A DNA stretch of 26,113 bases from Candidatus Parvarchaeota archaeon. Its GTDB lineage: Archaea > Nanobdellota > Nanobdellia > WJKC01. A program made the position numbers and the translations under genes. Position 1 is the stretch's first letter. Each line of letters opens with the position of its first letter. The notes under the pieces were generated by a model, which saw nothing but the letters and a program-made list of their open reading frames with translations, ran no database searches and was not told the DNA's origin. The stretch is taken from the NCBI GenBank assembly GCA_030615175.1, contig JAUWZX010000002.1, positions 124,001 to 150,113 on the forward strand, read 5' to 3'. This document shows positions 1 through 7,867 of this stretch, in pieces.

Positions 1-441
1 ATTATCACTGTTAATGCAAGGGACTTAACTAATAACTTTAAGAAATCGCATATTAACATTAAATTAATAATTAATAAAGTCAGTGAGAACAAGGTGGAAA
101 CAAGCATTTATGGTTACGTTGTTCAAAGACAGTACTTACAGAGATTTCTTCAAAAGAAGATGAGCAAGGTTGAATTAATAACTGACACTCAAACATCTGA
201 CAAGAAGAAAGTCAGGATGAAGTTAATCTCAGCAATTAATGGCAGGATCCAAGCAACGAAGAAGAAATTAATCAGGAACGTTATGGAAAAGGAATTAATC
301 AAGCTGGTTAATAACATGGACTTGGATAACCTAGTTTTAATGTGCTTGATGAACAAGCTTCAAATAACTCTTTCTAAAAAAATTCATAAGATACATCCAT
401 TAAAGTTTGTTGAAGTCAGAAGGATTGACTTGCTTAAATAA
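1..441 (+). CDS. rps3ae: 30S ribosomal protein S3Ae (eS1), 5'-truncated by window edge
   Basis: Frame +1 is open from base 1 (IITVNARDLTNNFKKSHINIKL...), followed by YLQRFLQKKMSKVE and C-terminal KIHPLKFVEVRRI typical of archaeal S3Ae; the track start at 94 is internal. Confidence 0.9.
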   Translation: MITVNARDLTNNFKKSHINIKLIINKVSENKVETSIYGYVVQRQYLQRFLQKKMSKVELITDTQTSDKKKVRMKLISAINGRIQATKKKLIRNVMEKELIKLVNNMDLDNLVLMCLMNKLQITLSKKIHKIHPLKFVEVRRIDLLK

Positions 442-1360
442 TAGGGTTAGGCGCGTTAGGTGAAGCAAGAAGGCAGACTCTTGAAGCAATTTTCTCATTA
501 ATTAATTCATAACCAAGGAATGATGCAATTCTTAGTGAGAACTCCTTAATTTCTGAATGATAAGGCATGTTATCATAAGGCAGTCTCTTCCTTGCAAAGC
601 CAACGCTCATGAATGCCTTTGGTTCAACAAAGTCAGGGCGTGCAATACTGATTAATTCAGCATACATCTCAGGATTCTTAAAATTCAAGTCATTGACAAG
701 GGTTAAGCGGACAACCCTCCTGGTCTTTAAAGTTTTCATTACTTTGAGTGATTCAATTATCTTGTTCCAGGAATTAATTCTTGGAGCGCAAGTCCTGAGG
801 TAGGTTTCCTCATCAGGTGCTGGAAGCGTTAAGTATAACTGAGTAGGCAACGGCTTTAACTTCCTTAATGCTTCAGGGTTAGTGCCGTTAGTGACTATGA
901 ACACAGTCATCCCCTTGTTTAAGAATTCACTTACTAACCCGCCAAGCCTTGCATAATCCGCTGGCTCGCCTGCAAGGCTTATAGCAACTTGAGAAGGATT
1001 CCGTGCTTCTCGTAATTTCTCTTCATCAACTCCTGACTTATTATAACCAATTAAGAATTCTCTCTGCGCCTTAATTAATCCTGCAGCTAATTCTCTTGGG
1101 TCATCAATTGTTTTTAATTTTTTAGTAATCGTTGTTTCATGAGGCCTCCAGCAAAACAGGCAGTTATGCTTGCAGTAATGAATGCTTGGAGTGCACTGCA
1201 GGCACCTGTGCGACTTAATGCCATAAAATTCCTGCTTATAGCAATGCCCTTTATTAAATAATGACTTCCTTAACCAAGCACACGGCTTGACTGCGCCGTT
1301 AGTCATGACTAACTTATAACCCTGCTTTCTCAATAATGCTCTCTTAGATTCAAGATTCAT
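434..1360 (-). CDS. taw1: 4-demethylwyosine synthase Taw1/TYW1 (radical SAM, tRNA-Phe wyosine pathway)
   Basis: VKPCAW..KSL, CYK..FYGIKSHRCLQCTP, CxxxCxxC (CKHNCLFC)WRP, AISLAGEP, PTQLY, PDFVEPKAFMSVG motifs. Confidence 0.93.
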   Translation of the reverse strand: MNLESKRALLRKQGYKLVMTNGAVKPCAWLRKSLFNKGHCYKQEFYGIKSHRCLQCTPSIHYCKHNCLFCWRPHETTITKKLKTIDDPRELAAGLIKAQREFLIGYNKSGVDEEKLREARNPSQVAISLAGEPADYARLGGLVSEFLNKGMTVFIVTNGTNPEALRKLKPLPTQLYLTLPAPDEETYLRTCAPRINSWNKIIESLKVMKTLKTRRVVRLTLVNDLNFKNPEMYAELISIARPDFVEPKAFMSVGFARKRLPYDNMPYHSEIKEFSLRIASFLGYELINEKIASRVCLLASPNAPNPII

Positions 1361-1418
1361 GATTATCTAATTAATTTACGCAAGACTTTTTAAGAGTTTT
1401 TATGAAGGAGTATTACGA

Positions 1419-1434
1419 GAAAAATATTTATAAA
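1419..1434 (+). promoter_or_regulatory. BRE + TATA box for the small Zn-finger gene
   Basis: GAAAAATA-TTTATAAA; TATA ends 27 nt upstream of ATG 1462. Confidence 0.6.
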
Positions 1435-1461
1435 CCCAGCTTAGCACTATTTTAATTATAA

Positions 1462-1593
1462 ATGTTGCCTTTAAGCCTGTTTAATTTAATGAATAAGAAC
1501 TCAACTCAGTGCTGTAAGTGCGGCAGATTATTAAATTATTCTAATGCAATTGGAGGATTATGTCCTAAGTGCAGCAAGGAATTAAAAGATTGA
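1462..1593 (+). CDS. Small zinc-finger microprotein (43 aa), absent from ORF track
   Basis: MLPLSLFNLMNKNSTQCCKCGRLLNYSNAIGGLCPKCSKELKD*; two CxxC knuckles (CCKCG, CPKC); own TATA box; alternative ATG at 1489. Confidence 0.7.
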   Translation: MLPLSLFNLMNKNSTQCCKCGRLLNYSNAIGGLCPKCSKELKD

Positions 1594-1607
1594 AAAAACT
1601 TTATAAA
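1592..1607 (+). promoter_or_regulatory. BRE + TATA box upstream of tRNA-Gly
   Basis: GAAAAAAC-TTTATAAA about 45 nt upstream of the mature tRNA 5' end. Confidence 0.55.
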
Positions 1608-1652
1608 ACAATTATTACTAATTAAGTAATTATAAGACTGAAGACAAACTTA

Positions 1653-1725
1653 GCGGCTGTAGTCTAGTTGGTTAGGACTTCACCCTGCCACGGTGAGAGC
1701 CCGGGTTCAAATCCCGGCAGCCGCA
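1653..1725 (+). tRNA. tRNA-Gly(GCC), intronless, CCA not encoded
   Basis: Acceptor GCGGCTG/CAGCCGC+A, anticodon arm TCACC-CTGCCAC-GGTGA, T arm CCGGG-TTCAAAT-CCCGG. Confidence 0.97.
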
Positions 1726-1781
1726 CATATTCATCACAGGATAATAAAAGATTTATAGAACTTCTTTAATAAATTAATTAA

Positions 1782-2255
1782 ATGAATTTAAACACTATAT
1801 CTAAAAGCAATAAATGGTATTTATTCAAGGTCACTGGTTATTTTAAAGGGTTTAATGAAATGGTTATTACTGATGCTTACTCAATGAATTATTATAACTT
1901 AGAGCCAGGAACTTATGTTAAAATTCATAACTTAAAACAGCATAATGCTCAAAAAGCATTCTTAATAATGACTTACATGAAGAAATATGAATGGAATCTT
2001 GAATTATTAACTGAGTTAAATGAATCGAATAAAACAAGAAGGATTAATAAAGCATACAAGAAAAGTGTTGATGAACTTATTACATCATTTAATTTACTGA
2101 AAGCAGACCCTAAGGGTTTAAGAATAATTGATGAAATTAATAATTATGAAGCAGGCAGTCTTGCCGTGCCTGAATCATGGTTTTATGAATACTGCACTGA
2201 TTTAGGTGAAATAATATTATTACGCAATGACCAGCCGTCACCAATAATTTTTTAA
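1782..2255 (+). CDS. Hypothetical protein, possible double-psi beta-barrel (Cdc48-N/Ufd1-like) with helical insertion
   Basis: 157-aa ORF with TATA (TTTATAGA 1752-1759) 22 nt upstream; fold guess rests only on SMNYYNLEPGTYVKI and EAGSLAVPESWF...LGEIILL patterns. Confidence 0.6.
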   Translation: MNLNTISKSNKWYLFKVTGYFKGFNEMVITDAYSMNYYNLEPGTYVKIHNLKQHNAQKAFLIMTYMKKYEWNLELLTELNESNKTRRINKAYKKSVDELITSFNLLKADPKGLRIIDEINNYEAGSLAVPESWFYEYCTDLGEIILLRNDQPSPIIF

Positions 2256-2281
2256 AAAAGACTACTTTAATTCTTATTACC

Positions 2282-2355
2282 GGGCTCGTGGTCTAGTTGG
2301 TTATGACGTTGCCTTGACGTGGCAAAGGTCGGGCGTTCAAATCGCCCCGAGCCCA
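2282..2355 (+). tRNA. tRNA-Val(GAC), intronless, CCA not encoded
   Basis: Acceptor GGGCTCG/CGAGCCC+A, anticodon arm TTGCC-TTGACGT-GGCAA, T arm GGGCG-TTCAAAT-CGCCC. Confidence 0.97.
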
Positions 2356-2356
2356 C

Positions 2357-2992
2357 TCATAATTTTATTTCTTCAACTCTTCTCTCCATGTCCCTGCCTA
2401 TCATATTTTCTCTTTTCTTTTTTTCATAGACAAGTTCCTGGAATTCATTGAGAATGGTTTCATCTAATTTTTCAGGATTGGAATTAATATCATCAAAGTA
2501 ATGTATGTGAAAAGGGCGCTCCACTGCTAGAAACTTTTCCAAATCATTTAAGCAGTCTAGAATGAATAGTATTGACTGCTTTAGTGGCATGGATTCATGA
2601 TACTTAACACTAAAAAAATTGTATTCAACTATGTTCCTGCCAACACCAACAGAATAACAAGTAGTGGGCGCTTCTTTCTCATAACGATAAACAGCCATTT
2701 TACCCCTGTCCTCGCCGCAAAGCAAGAAATTCATTCCCCTATCAAAATCTAATAACTCCTGGTAAACTGATTGAATGTCTGCTGGAATATTATTCTCAAA
2801 CATCCTGAGCGCTTCATTTATTAAGTCAGCATCGCCAGGAGCTCCGAAAAGGAAGTTGCCTATCTCATAAATCTTATCCTCTTTAACATTTATTCTATAA
2901 CCATAATCATTACTCTCATAAATTAATAAGGAATCACACCCCATGACTAATCCTTTACGATTCTCACAAGTAACTGCGATTATGGAAGTCAT
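2357..2992 (-). CDS. Proteasome beta-subunit-like Ntn-hydrolase without propeptide
   Basis: M-T(1)-SIIAV, LVMGCDS (Asp17-like), EDKI (Lys33-like), FGAPGDAD (like xSGSxAD), SVGVG at the xxGSG position. Confidence 0.7.
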   Translation of the reverse strand: MTSIIAVTCENRKGLVMGCDSLLIYESNDYGYRINVKEDKIYEIGNFLFGAPGDADLINEALRMFENNIPADIQSVYQELLDFDRGMNFLLCGEDRGKMAVYRYEKEAPTTCYSVGVGRNIVEYNFFSVKYHESMPLKQSILFILDCLNDLEKFLAVERPFHIHYFDDINSNPEKLDETILNEFQELVYEKKKRENMIGRDMERRVEEIKL

Positions 2993-3090
2993 TAAATTAA
3001 ATAATATTAAAGATAACTTTAAAAGAATTTTCGTTGAGTCACTTAATACGTAACAAAAAATTTATAAGAATAAGCAGCGCATTATTCAGT

Positions 3091-3252
3091 ATGAATAAGC
3101 ATGGTGTTGAAGAACTGCCGCTAAAATATATTATTACTGCAATAATCGCTGCATTAGTGCTTGGAATAATAATGAATATAACTTCAATAATAAATGAAGG
3201 AATCACTGGCGCCGCAATAATATTTAATGCCTTAACCAACTTGACTGGTTAA
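3091..3252 (+). CDS. Small class III signal peptide (type IV pilin-like) protein, 53 aa
   Basis: MNKHG|VEELPLKYIITAIIAALVLGII: short basic leader, Gly at the putative cleavage site, long hydrophobic helix; TATA TTTATAAG 3061-3068 favours ATG 3091 over the track start 3034. Confidence 0.7.
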   Translation: MNKHGVEELPLKYIITAIIAALVLGIIMNITSIINEGITGAAIIFNALTNLTG

Positions 3253-3259
3253 TAGAAGA

Positions 3260-3520
3260 TTACTCTCTTAATTCAATAATGGTTTCATAAATCTTTTTCC
3301 AGCCTTGATTAGTGTAATAAATCTTCTTTAAAGGGTAAAGACTATAAAACTTGTAGTCGCGCGTGATGAGTATTGACTCGGTTGCGATGCCGAGTCCCAT
3401 GATGAATTCATCACTCTTACCTGCATACTCGCTTTTGCCGATAGCCAGTATTGTTTCATCAAGTACTTTTTCCAGAGAATTTTTTAGTCGCTGGCTAACG
3501 CATTCATCAATGATTATCAT
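3260..3520 (-). CDS. Small PIN-like domain protein (DUF5615/Mut7-C-like)
   Basis: MIIIDECV, GKSDEFIM, ILITRDYKF acidic PIN motifs; overlaps 3' end of upstream beta-CASP gene. Confidence 0.75.
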   Translation of the reverse strand: MIIIDECVSQRLKNSLEKVLDETILAIGKSEYAGKSDEFIMGLGIATESILITRDYKFYSLYPLKKIYYTNQGWKKIYETIIELRE

Positions 3521-4484
3521 TATTATCTACTGATATTTTATGATTTATATTATTAACGGCTTCTGCATCGTAATCCTCAAACCTTAATAATTCAGCGAAT
3601 TCCTCAGCGTAACCATGATGAGTGTACACTTTTTCAGGACTGCAACTCTTCACGGTCTTAATTAAGTCAGTGAAGTCAGCGTGGTCGCTTAATTCATAAG
3701 CCTTATCCACTCCCAAGCCCCTGTGACCAGTCCACCCAGTAAAGGCAAGAACTACAGCACCCTTAGCTCTTAAACGCTTAATTAATGGATTGCCTGGGCC
3801 GTACTGGGGGGTTACTGCAATGAATTGACTTGGCAATTCCTTAATGTTTAATTCAGGATGACTTGGCACTGGGTAACCATGCTTTAATACTAATTCATTA
3901 ATATTCTTAATTGATTTGTAAACAAAGACATTATCATAACCTTCAACTAACTTGCTGATTAACTGCGCCTTGCCGAGCGCGTAACCCATTAACACAATGC
4001 TCCTGCCATTACTTAAATAATCATTAATGTCACTCAATGCTTCTTTCATGACTTCCTCAGGGTTATGGAACTTATATTGCTGGCTGCCATAAGTTGACTC
4101 AATTATTAATACATCACACTTAGGCGGCTTGAATCCTTTAATGAAGTAGCGGTCATGTAATGAGAAGTCACTGGTGTAAAGCACTCTCTTAGAACCATTA
4201 ATCAGTAATGCCTTGCTACCAGCAATATGGCCATTATCAATCATTTCAAGCCTTAAGCCCTTATAATCATTAAATATTAAATTCTCCTGCAAGCGAACTC
4301 CAACGCGTTCATAACACAATTCCTTAGTAAGCTTTGAAGCAATTACTGGATGACTTAATGGTTTCTTAATTAAGTGGTCTGTATGCGCGTGACTAATGAA
4401 TGCGAGCTCAGCGCTTGAATCACCGTCAAGGCATAACCTTACATTGTTAAGCTTTAAATTAATCCCATGCACGCAATTAATCAT
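3507..4484 (-). CDS. Metallo-beta-lactamase / beta-CASP nuclease
   Basis: ISHAHTDH, GHIAGS, YTSDF, LIIESTYG, GYALGKAQ, LSDHADF, THHG motifs. Confidence 0.9.
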   Translation of the reverse strand: MINCVHGINLKLNNVRLCLDGDSSAELAFISHAHTDHLIKKPLSHPVIASKLTKELCYERVGVRLQENLIFNDYKGLRLEMIDNGHIAGSKALLINGSKRVLYTSDFSLHDRYFIKGFKPPKCDVLIIESTYGSQQYKFHNPEEVMKEALSDINDYLSNGRSIVLMGYALGKAQLISKLVEGYDNVFVYKSIKNINELVLKHGYPVPSHPELNIKELPSQFIAVTPQYGPGNPLIKRLRAKGAVVLAFTGWTGHRGLGVDKAYELSDHADFTDLIKTVKSCSPEKVYTHHGYAEEFAELLRFEDYDAEAVNNINHKISVDNNDNH

Positions 4485-4531
4485 TATTGAATTAAGAAGG
4501 ATTAACTTATGAATTATAAGAATATCTCTAC

Positions 4532-4834
4532 TTAACCAAATAATGCGCCAAGTCCTGCTGCTGCCTGTTCTTCTGAAACTTCCTCTTTCTCATCCTTCTC
4601 TTCTTTCTCTTCTTCCTTCTTTCCAGCTGGTGCCGGCGTTGCTGCTGGCGTTGCTGCAGGAACTGCTTTCTCAACTGCTTCCTTAATGTCAATTCCTTCT
4701 AATGCTGCAATTAATGCCTTAACCCTTGATGCGTCAGGCTTAGCTCCCGCTGCAGTCATTACTTTCTTAACGCTTTCTTCAGTAACTTTCTTACCTGCTG
4801 AGTTTAAGAGCAGTGCAGTGTAAACGTATTCCAT
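4532..4834 (-). CDS. rpl12: 50S ribosomal protein L12 (aP1)
   Basis: [10 protein letters not shown] start, Ala/Pro hinge, acidic tail ending [18 protein letters not shown] upstream. Confidence 0.97.
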   Translation of the reverse strand: MEYVYTALLLNSAGKKVTEESVKKVMTAAGAKPDASRVKALIAALEGIDIKEAVEKAVPAATPAATPAPAGKKEEEKEEKDEKEEVSEEQAAAGLGALFG

Positions 4835-4836
4835 AT

Positions 4837-5688
4837 TTAACTTACCTCCAATTTTGTTTCGCTCGCTAAAGCCATTGCCCTGGCTTGCGCAAGAATTAAT
4901 AACTCGCCTGCATTATCCTTATTAATTAATCCAGCACTTAATGACAGGTTGCGAGCGTGATTATGAGCAGTCATTAATAACGCGTTAATGACCTCCTTAA
5001 CGGGTATTACGGTGTTAAAAGCGAGGCTGTAAGCATTAATGTAAGCATTACTAATTTTATCCCTGTACTCATCAAGATTTATTATTAATTCTTTTCCTGA
5101 GTACACAACTTCTTTCTCGTAAGCAGCTATTAATTTAAGTCCAGTCTTCATTGGAGTCATGCCAAGCCTTAACATAATGCTTGCCTGGTTTGGCTTAATC
5201 AATTCTCCTTGTTTGGCAATTACTGTATCTTCAGTAACTACTAACTTGCCTGCCTTGACTTTTGTCTTAATCCCTAAACCTGATAATTCTGATATTACTG
5301 GTCCTGGAGCGAATGGTGTTGGTCCTTTACTAATTATGATGTCAAAAGGAGCTGCTTGTCCCTGCTTTGCAGGTGCAGGAGTAGTCATGCTTTTTAACTT
5401 AACTGATAACTTGAACGGGTTCTTATTAGTGAATGCTAGTCCGCAAACACCTTTTAATTGCTCTGACAGTTTATCTAAGTTTTTAACTTCTGACTTCTTA
5501 ATAGCCCTTACCATGATATTCTTAGTTGTTATTACTAATTTAATTAAATCCTTTAAGTCGCGTCTTAAACTCTGTAATTGCTTGCTTCCTAATCCTTCAA
5601 GATTGATTACTGCAATTACTTTATGCTTCCTTAATTCATCACTTAAGGAATTAATCTTCTCAATTTTCTTCTTAATTAATGGCTTCAT
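4837..5688 (-). CDS. rpl10: 50S ribosomal protein L10 (uL10/aP0)
   Basis: [35 protein letters not shown]; position between rpl1 and rpl12. Confidence 0.95.
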   Translation of the reverse strand: MKPLIKKKIEKINSLSDELRKHKVIAVINLEGLGSKQLQSLRRDLKDLIKLVITTKNIMVRAIKKSEVKNLDKLSEQLKGVCGLAFTNKNPFKLSVKLKSMTTPAPAKQGQAAPFDIIISKGPTPFAPGPVISELSGLGIKTKVKAGKLVVTEDTVIAKQGELIKPNQASIMLRLGMTPMKTGLKLIAAYEKEVVYSGKELIINLDEYRDKISNAYINAYSLAFNTVIPVKEVINALLMTAHNHARNLSLSAGLINKDNAGELLILAQARAMALASETKLEVS

Positions 5689-6383
5689 ATTATTACGCTC
5701 CGACTCATCGTCATCTTAACGTAAACCTTGTTAATCTGGGTTTTACCTCTTGGAAGGGCTTTCTCTATTACGTTGTAAACACTTAGTATGTTGTCACTTA
5801 ATTCCTTGTCACTTAATTCTTCAGTCCCGATTACAACGTTAATTGTCGGCTGGTCCTTCACTCTTACCCTGACTGTTCGTTGAAGTTTCTGGTATACTCC
5901 TTTAAGTATTGCAGGGTTTGGCGGCACAATACATCCTGCCTTCGGGTTAGGCATCCTTCCTTTAGGCCCTAAGTACCTGCCGAATGCCTTGGCAACATCA
6001 GTCATTATGTTTGCTTGGGCTATGAAGTACTTATGCTTCCTCACTGATTTCTTGATTGCCCTAATCTTCTTTAAGTATTTTGGGAAGTCATCTTTTGGTA
6101 TTACTTCATTGAATACTTTCTTTGCTTCTGAGATTAATTCTTTGTCAACGAAGGCCGCGATTGAAACTTTCTTTCCTAACGCGTGCGGCAGTATTACGAA
6201 TTCATCAATCTTGTTTTCAGGCTTCTTAACGTCAGTCTCTTTTAATGTTATTTGAATATCAATTGATTGAGTAAACTTACGCTTCTTACTTTCCTTGCGC
6301 AACTTCTTCAAAGCGCGTAGGACTCTCGTCCCAGCGCCCAAAGACGAAGTCTTTTGGGCTTTAATCACTTCTTCTTTTTTCAA
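5685..6383 (-). CDS. rpl1: 50S ribosomal protein L1 (TTG start, 15-aa N-terminal insertion)
   Basis: KRKFTQSID, LPH, GRYLGPKGRMP, VYVKMTM; GAGGAG SD upstream of TTG 6383. Confidence 0.95.
   Translation of the reverse strand: MKKEEVIKAQKTSSLGAGTRVLRALKKLRKESKKRKFTQSIDIQITLKETDVKKPENKIDEFVILPHALGKKVSIAAFVDKELISEAKKVFNEVIPKDDFPKYLKKIRAIKKSVRKHKYFIAQANIMTDVAKAFGRYLGPKGRMPNPKAGCIVPPNPAILKGVYQKLQRTVRVRVKDQPTINVVIGTEELSDKELSDNILSVYNVIEKALPRGKTQINKVYVKMTMSRSVII
6313..6359. repeat. GC-rich double-hairpin palindromic element inserted in frame in rpl1
   Basis: GCCCAAAGAC-GAA-GTCTTTTGGGC (6336-6359) and GCGC-G-TAGGAC-TCTC-GTCCCA-GCGC (6313-6337). Confidence 0.7.
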
Positions 6384-6454
6384 GAGAGCTTCAACTCCTC
6401 TTTACTGCCGAAACAGTAAAATTTTATGAAAAGGATTCTACTTTTAAGGGTTTC
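6384..6454 (-). promoter_or_regulatory. Internal promoter and structured 5' leader of rpl1-rpl10-rpl12
   Basis: Minus strand GAAACC-CTTAAAAG (6454-6441), then hairpin TTTACTGT-TTCG-GCAGTAAA (6420-6401) and GAGGAG SD able to pair with CTCTC next to the start codon. Confidence 0.55.
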
Positions 6455-6924
6455 TATTTAATCCGGTCATCATGCTTTCCTTCATCAATTTCCTTCTGAA
6501 CTATCTTTGGATTCCTGCCTTCAACTGTTAAGCCCATGCTAACGCACACGCCGAGAACTTCCTTCACATTCTTCTTTAAGTCAGTGCCCATCATCTGAGA
6601 CTGCTTTTGCTTTGCAACCTTAACAGCCTGCTCAATAGTTAAGTCACCAATAGCTGCCTCCCTGTCACCAGCTCCTTTCTCAATGCCAGCTTCCTTCTTT
6701 AATAACTGGCTTGTTGGCGGCACGCCCACCTCTAACCTGTAATTCCTCTGCGAGTCATAAATGATTTTAACAGGAACCTTCATTCCAGCATAATCCTTAG
6801 TCGCGTTATTAATGTCAGCAACTACTTTGCCAATGTTTAATCCTGCAACGCCAAGGCTCTGACCCATTGCTGACGGATTAGCTTTGCCGCCCTCAACTAA
6901 AACCTTAATCACTTGCTCTATCAT
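6454..6924 (-). CDS. rpl11: 50S ribosomal protein L11
   Basis: LVEGGKA, GMKVPVKI, VGVPPTSQLLKKEAG, KEVLGVCVSMG. Confidence 0.97.
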   Translation of the reverse strand: MIEQVIKVLVEGGKANPSAMGQSLGVAGLNIGKVVADINNATKDYAGMKVPVKIIYDSQRNYRLEVGVPPTSQLLKKEAGIEKGAGDREAAIGDLTIEQAVKVAKQKQSQMMGTDLKKNVKEVLGVCVSMGLTVEGRNPKIVQKEIDEGKHDDRIK

Positions 6925-6965
6925 AAAAGAGTTTGATTAGGAATGGTTTTTTAAAGTTTATGGCT

Positions 6966-7271
6966 TCACATTCTAAAATACAGAAATTCCTGTATGCTCA
7001 TGTAGTTTTCCCTGGCAATCGCTCTCATTTCAGGGTCATCCTTGAAGTATTCCATGGCAAGAAAGTAAAACGTGTTCTTTAATAAACCCTGTTTTATGTC
7101 ATCAGCGTAGTAATCTGGCACTTCTTTATTCATTTCCTTAGCTTGTTCTAATAATAACTTATCAATTGTCTCTAAATCATTCTTACCAGTTTCTTCTAAT
7201 TTTTTATTAATATTACTGATAACTTACTGTATTTCCAACTCATGCTGCTTTAATATTTCCTTTGCATTCAT
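6966..7271 (-). pseudogene. 101-codon orphan ORF with a single in-frame TAA at codon 16
   Basis: GAGGTGA SD, ATG 7271, MNAKEILKQHELEIQ*VISNINKKLEETGKNDLETIDKLLLEQAKEMNKEVPDYYADDIKQGLLKNTFYFLAMEYFKDDPEMRAIARENYMSIQEFLYFRM, TGA 6968-6966; stop at 7226-7224. Confidence 0.65.
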
Positions 7272-7330
7272 ATTAAATATTCACCTCATCATTCTCTTGA
7301 AAGAAGTGGTATTTAAAGTTTATGGAATTA

Positions 7331-7864
7331 TTAGAATGCTTCCTCGAATTCTTCTTCCTCTCTCTCAGGCTTCCTTAACTCCCTTGCCTTCTTCTTAAGC
7401 TCTAACTCCCTTTCCTCTTCCTCACGCTCCTCTGTCTGGATTACCCTGACGCTGTCAGTTGAAACCTTCATTGGTATTGGTACTGTAGTGTCAAGTAATG
7501 CAACCACTATTTCCTCCTTGTCAGCCGCAACCCTCGTAACCTTTGCCTTCTCACCCTTAAAAGGTCCTGAAATTAACTCAATTATGTCATTCTCCCTAAT
7601 ACTTACTTTAACAGGCTCCGCTGTCAGGAAGTGCTCAATCTTGCTTATCAGTACTGATTCATGAATTATTCCTTTAGCATGCCCTAAACCATAAACAGAT
7701 GTCACGACTTCATCCCTTGAAAATGCTTCAACAAAGATGTAACCCCTAACCCTGTGCGGGCTTAGTATTGCACTAATATTCTGATTCTTCCTGCCTACAA
7801 TTGCCAGTTTATCAACTACCTGCCTCTCCCTTCCAGCAGTAGTCCTCACAACGAATATTGGCAT
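7331..7864 (-). CDS. spt5: Transcription elongation factor Spt5 (NusG family) with charged C-terminal extension
   Basis: VRTTAGRE, RGYIFVEA (NGN domain), ELISGPFKGEKAKV (KOW); follows secE. Confidence 0.96.
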   Translation of the reverse strand: MPIFVVRTTAGRERQVVDKLAIVGRKNQNISAILSPHRVRGYIFVEAFSRDEVVTSVYGLGHAKGIIHESVLISKIEHFLTAEPVKVSIRENDIIELISGPFKGEKAKVTRVAADKEEIVVALLDTTVPIPMKVSTDSVRVIQTEEREEEERELELKKKARELRKPEREEEEFEEAF

Positions 7865-7867
7865 TTT

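Noticed and set aside
1653..2355. tRNA-anchored integrated element (att duplication)
   Set aside because: No second copy of either tRNA 3' end and no integrase found by eye in the window.
3039..3239. 66-aa hydrophobic minus-strand ORF
   Set aside because: Mirror of the pilin-like gene, which has the promoter and signal-peptide pattern.
4620..4670. Short tandem GCTGGCGTTGCT-like repeats in rpl12
   Set aside because: They encode the ordinary Ala/Pro/Thr hinge of the stalk protein.
5159..6255. + strand ORFs opposite rpl10 and rpl1
   Set aside because: Antisense shadows of ribosomal protein genes.
7224..7226. Stop-codon reassignment explaining the internal TAA
   Set aside because: TAA, TAG and TGA all terminate conserved genes normally in this window (e.g. 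rpl12 TAA, rpl11 TAG, rpl1 TGA).
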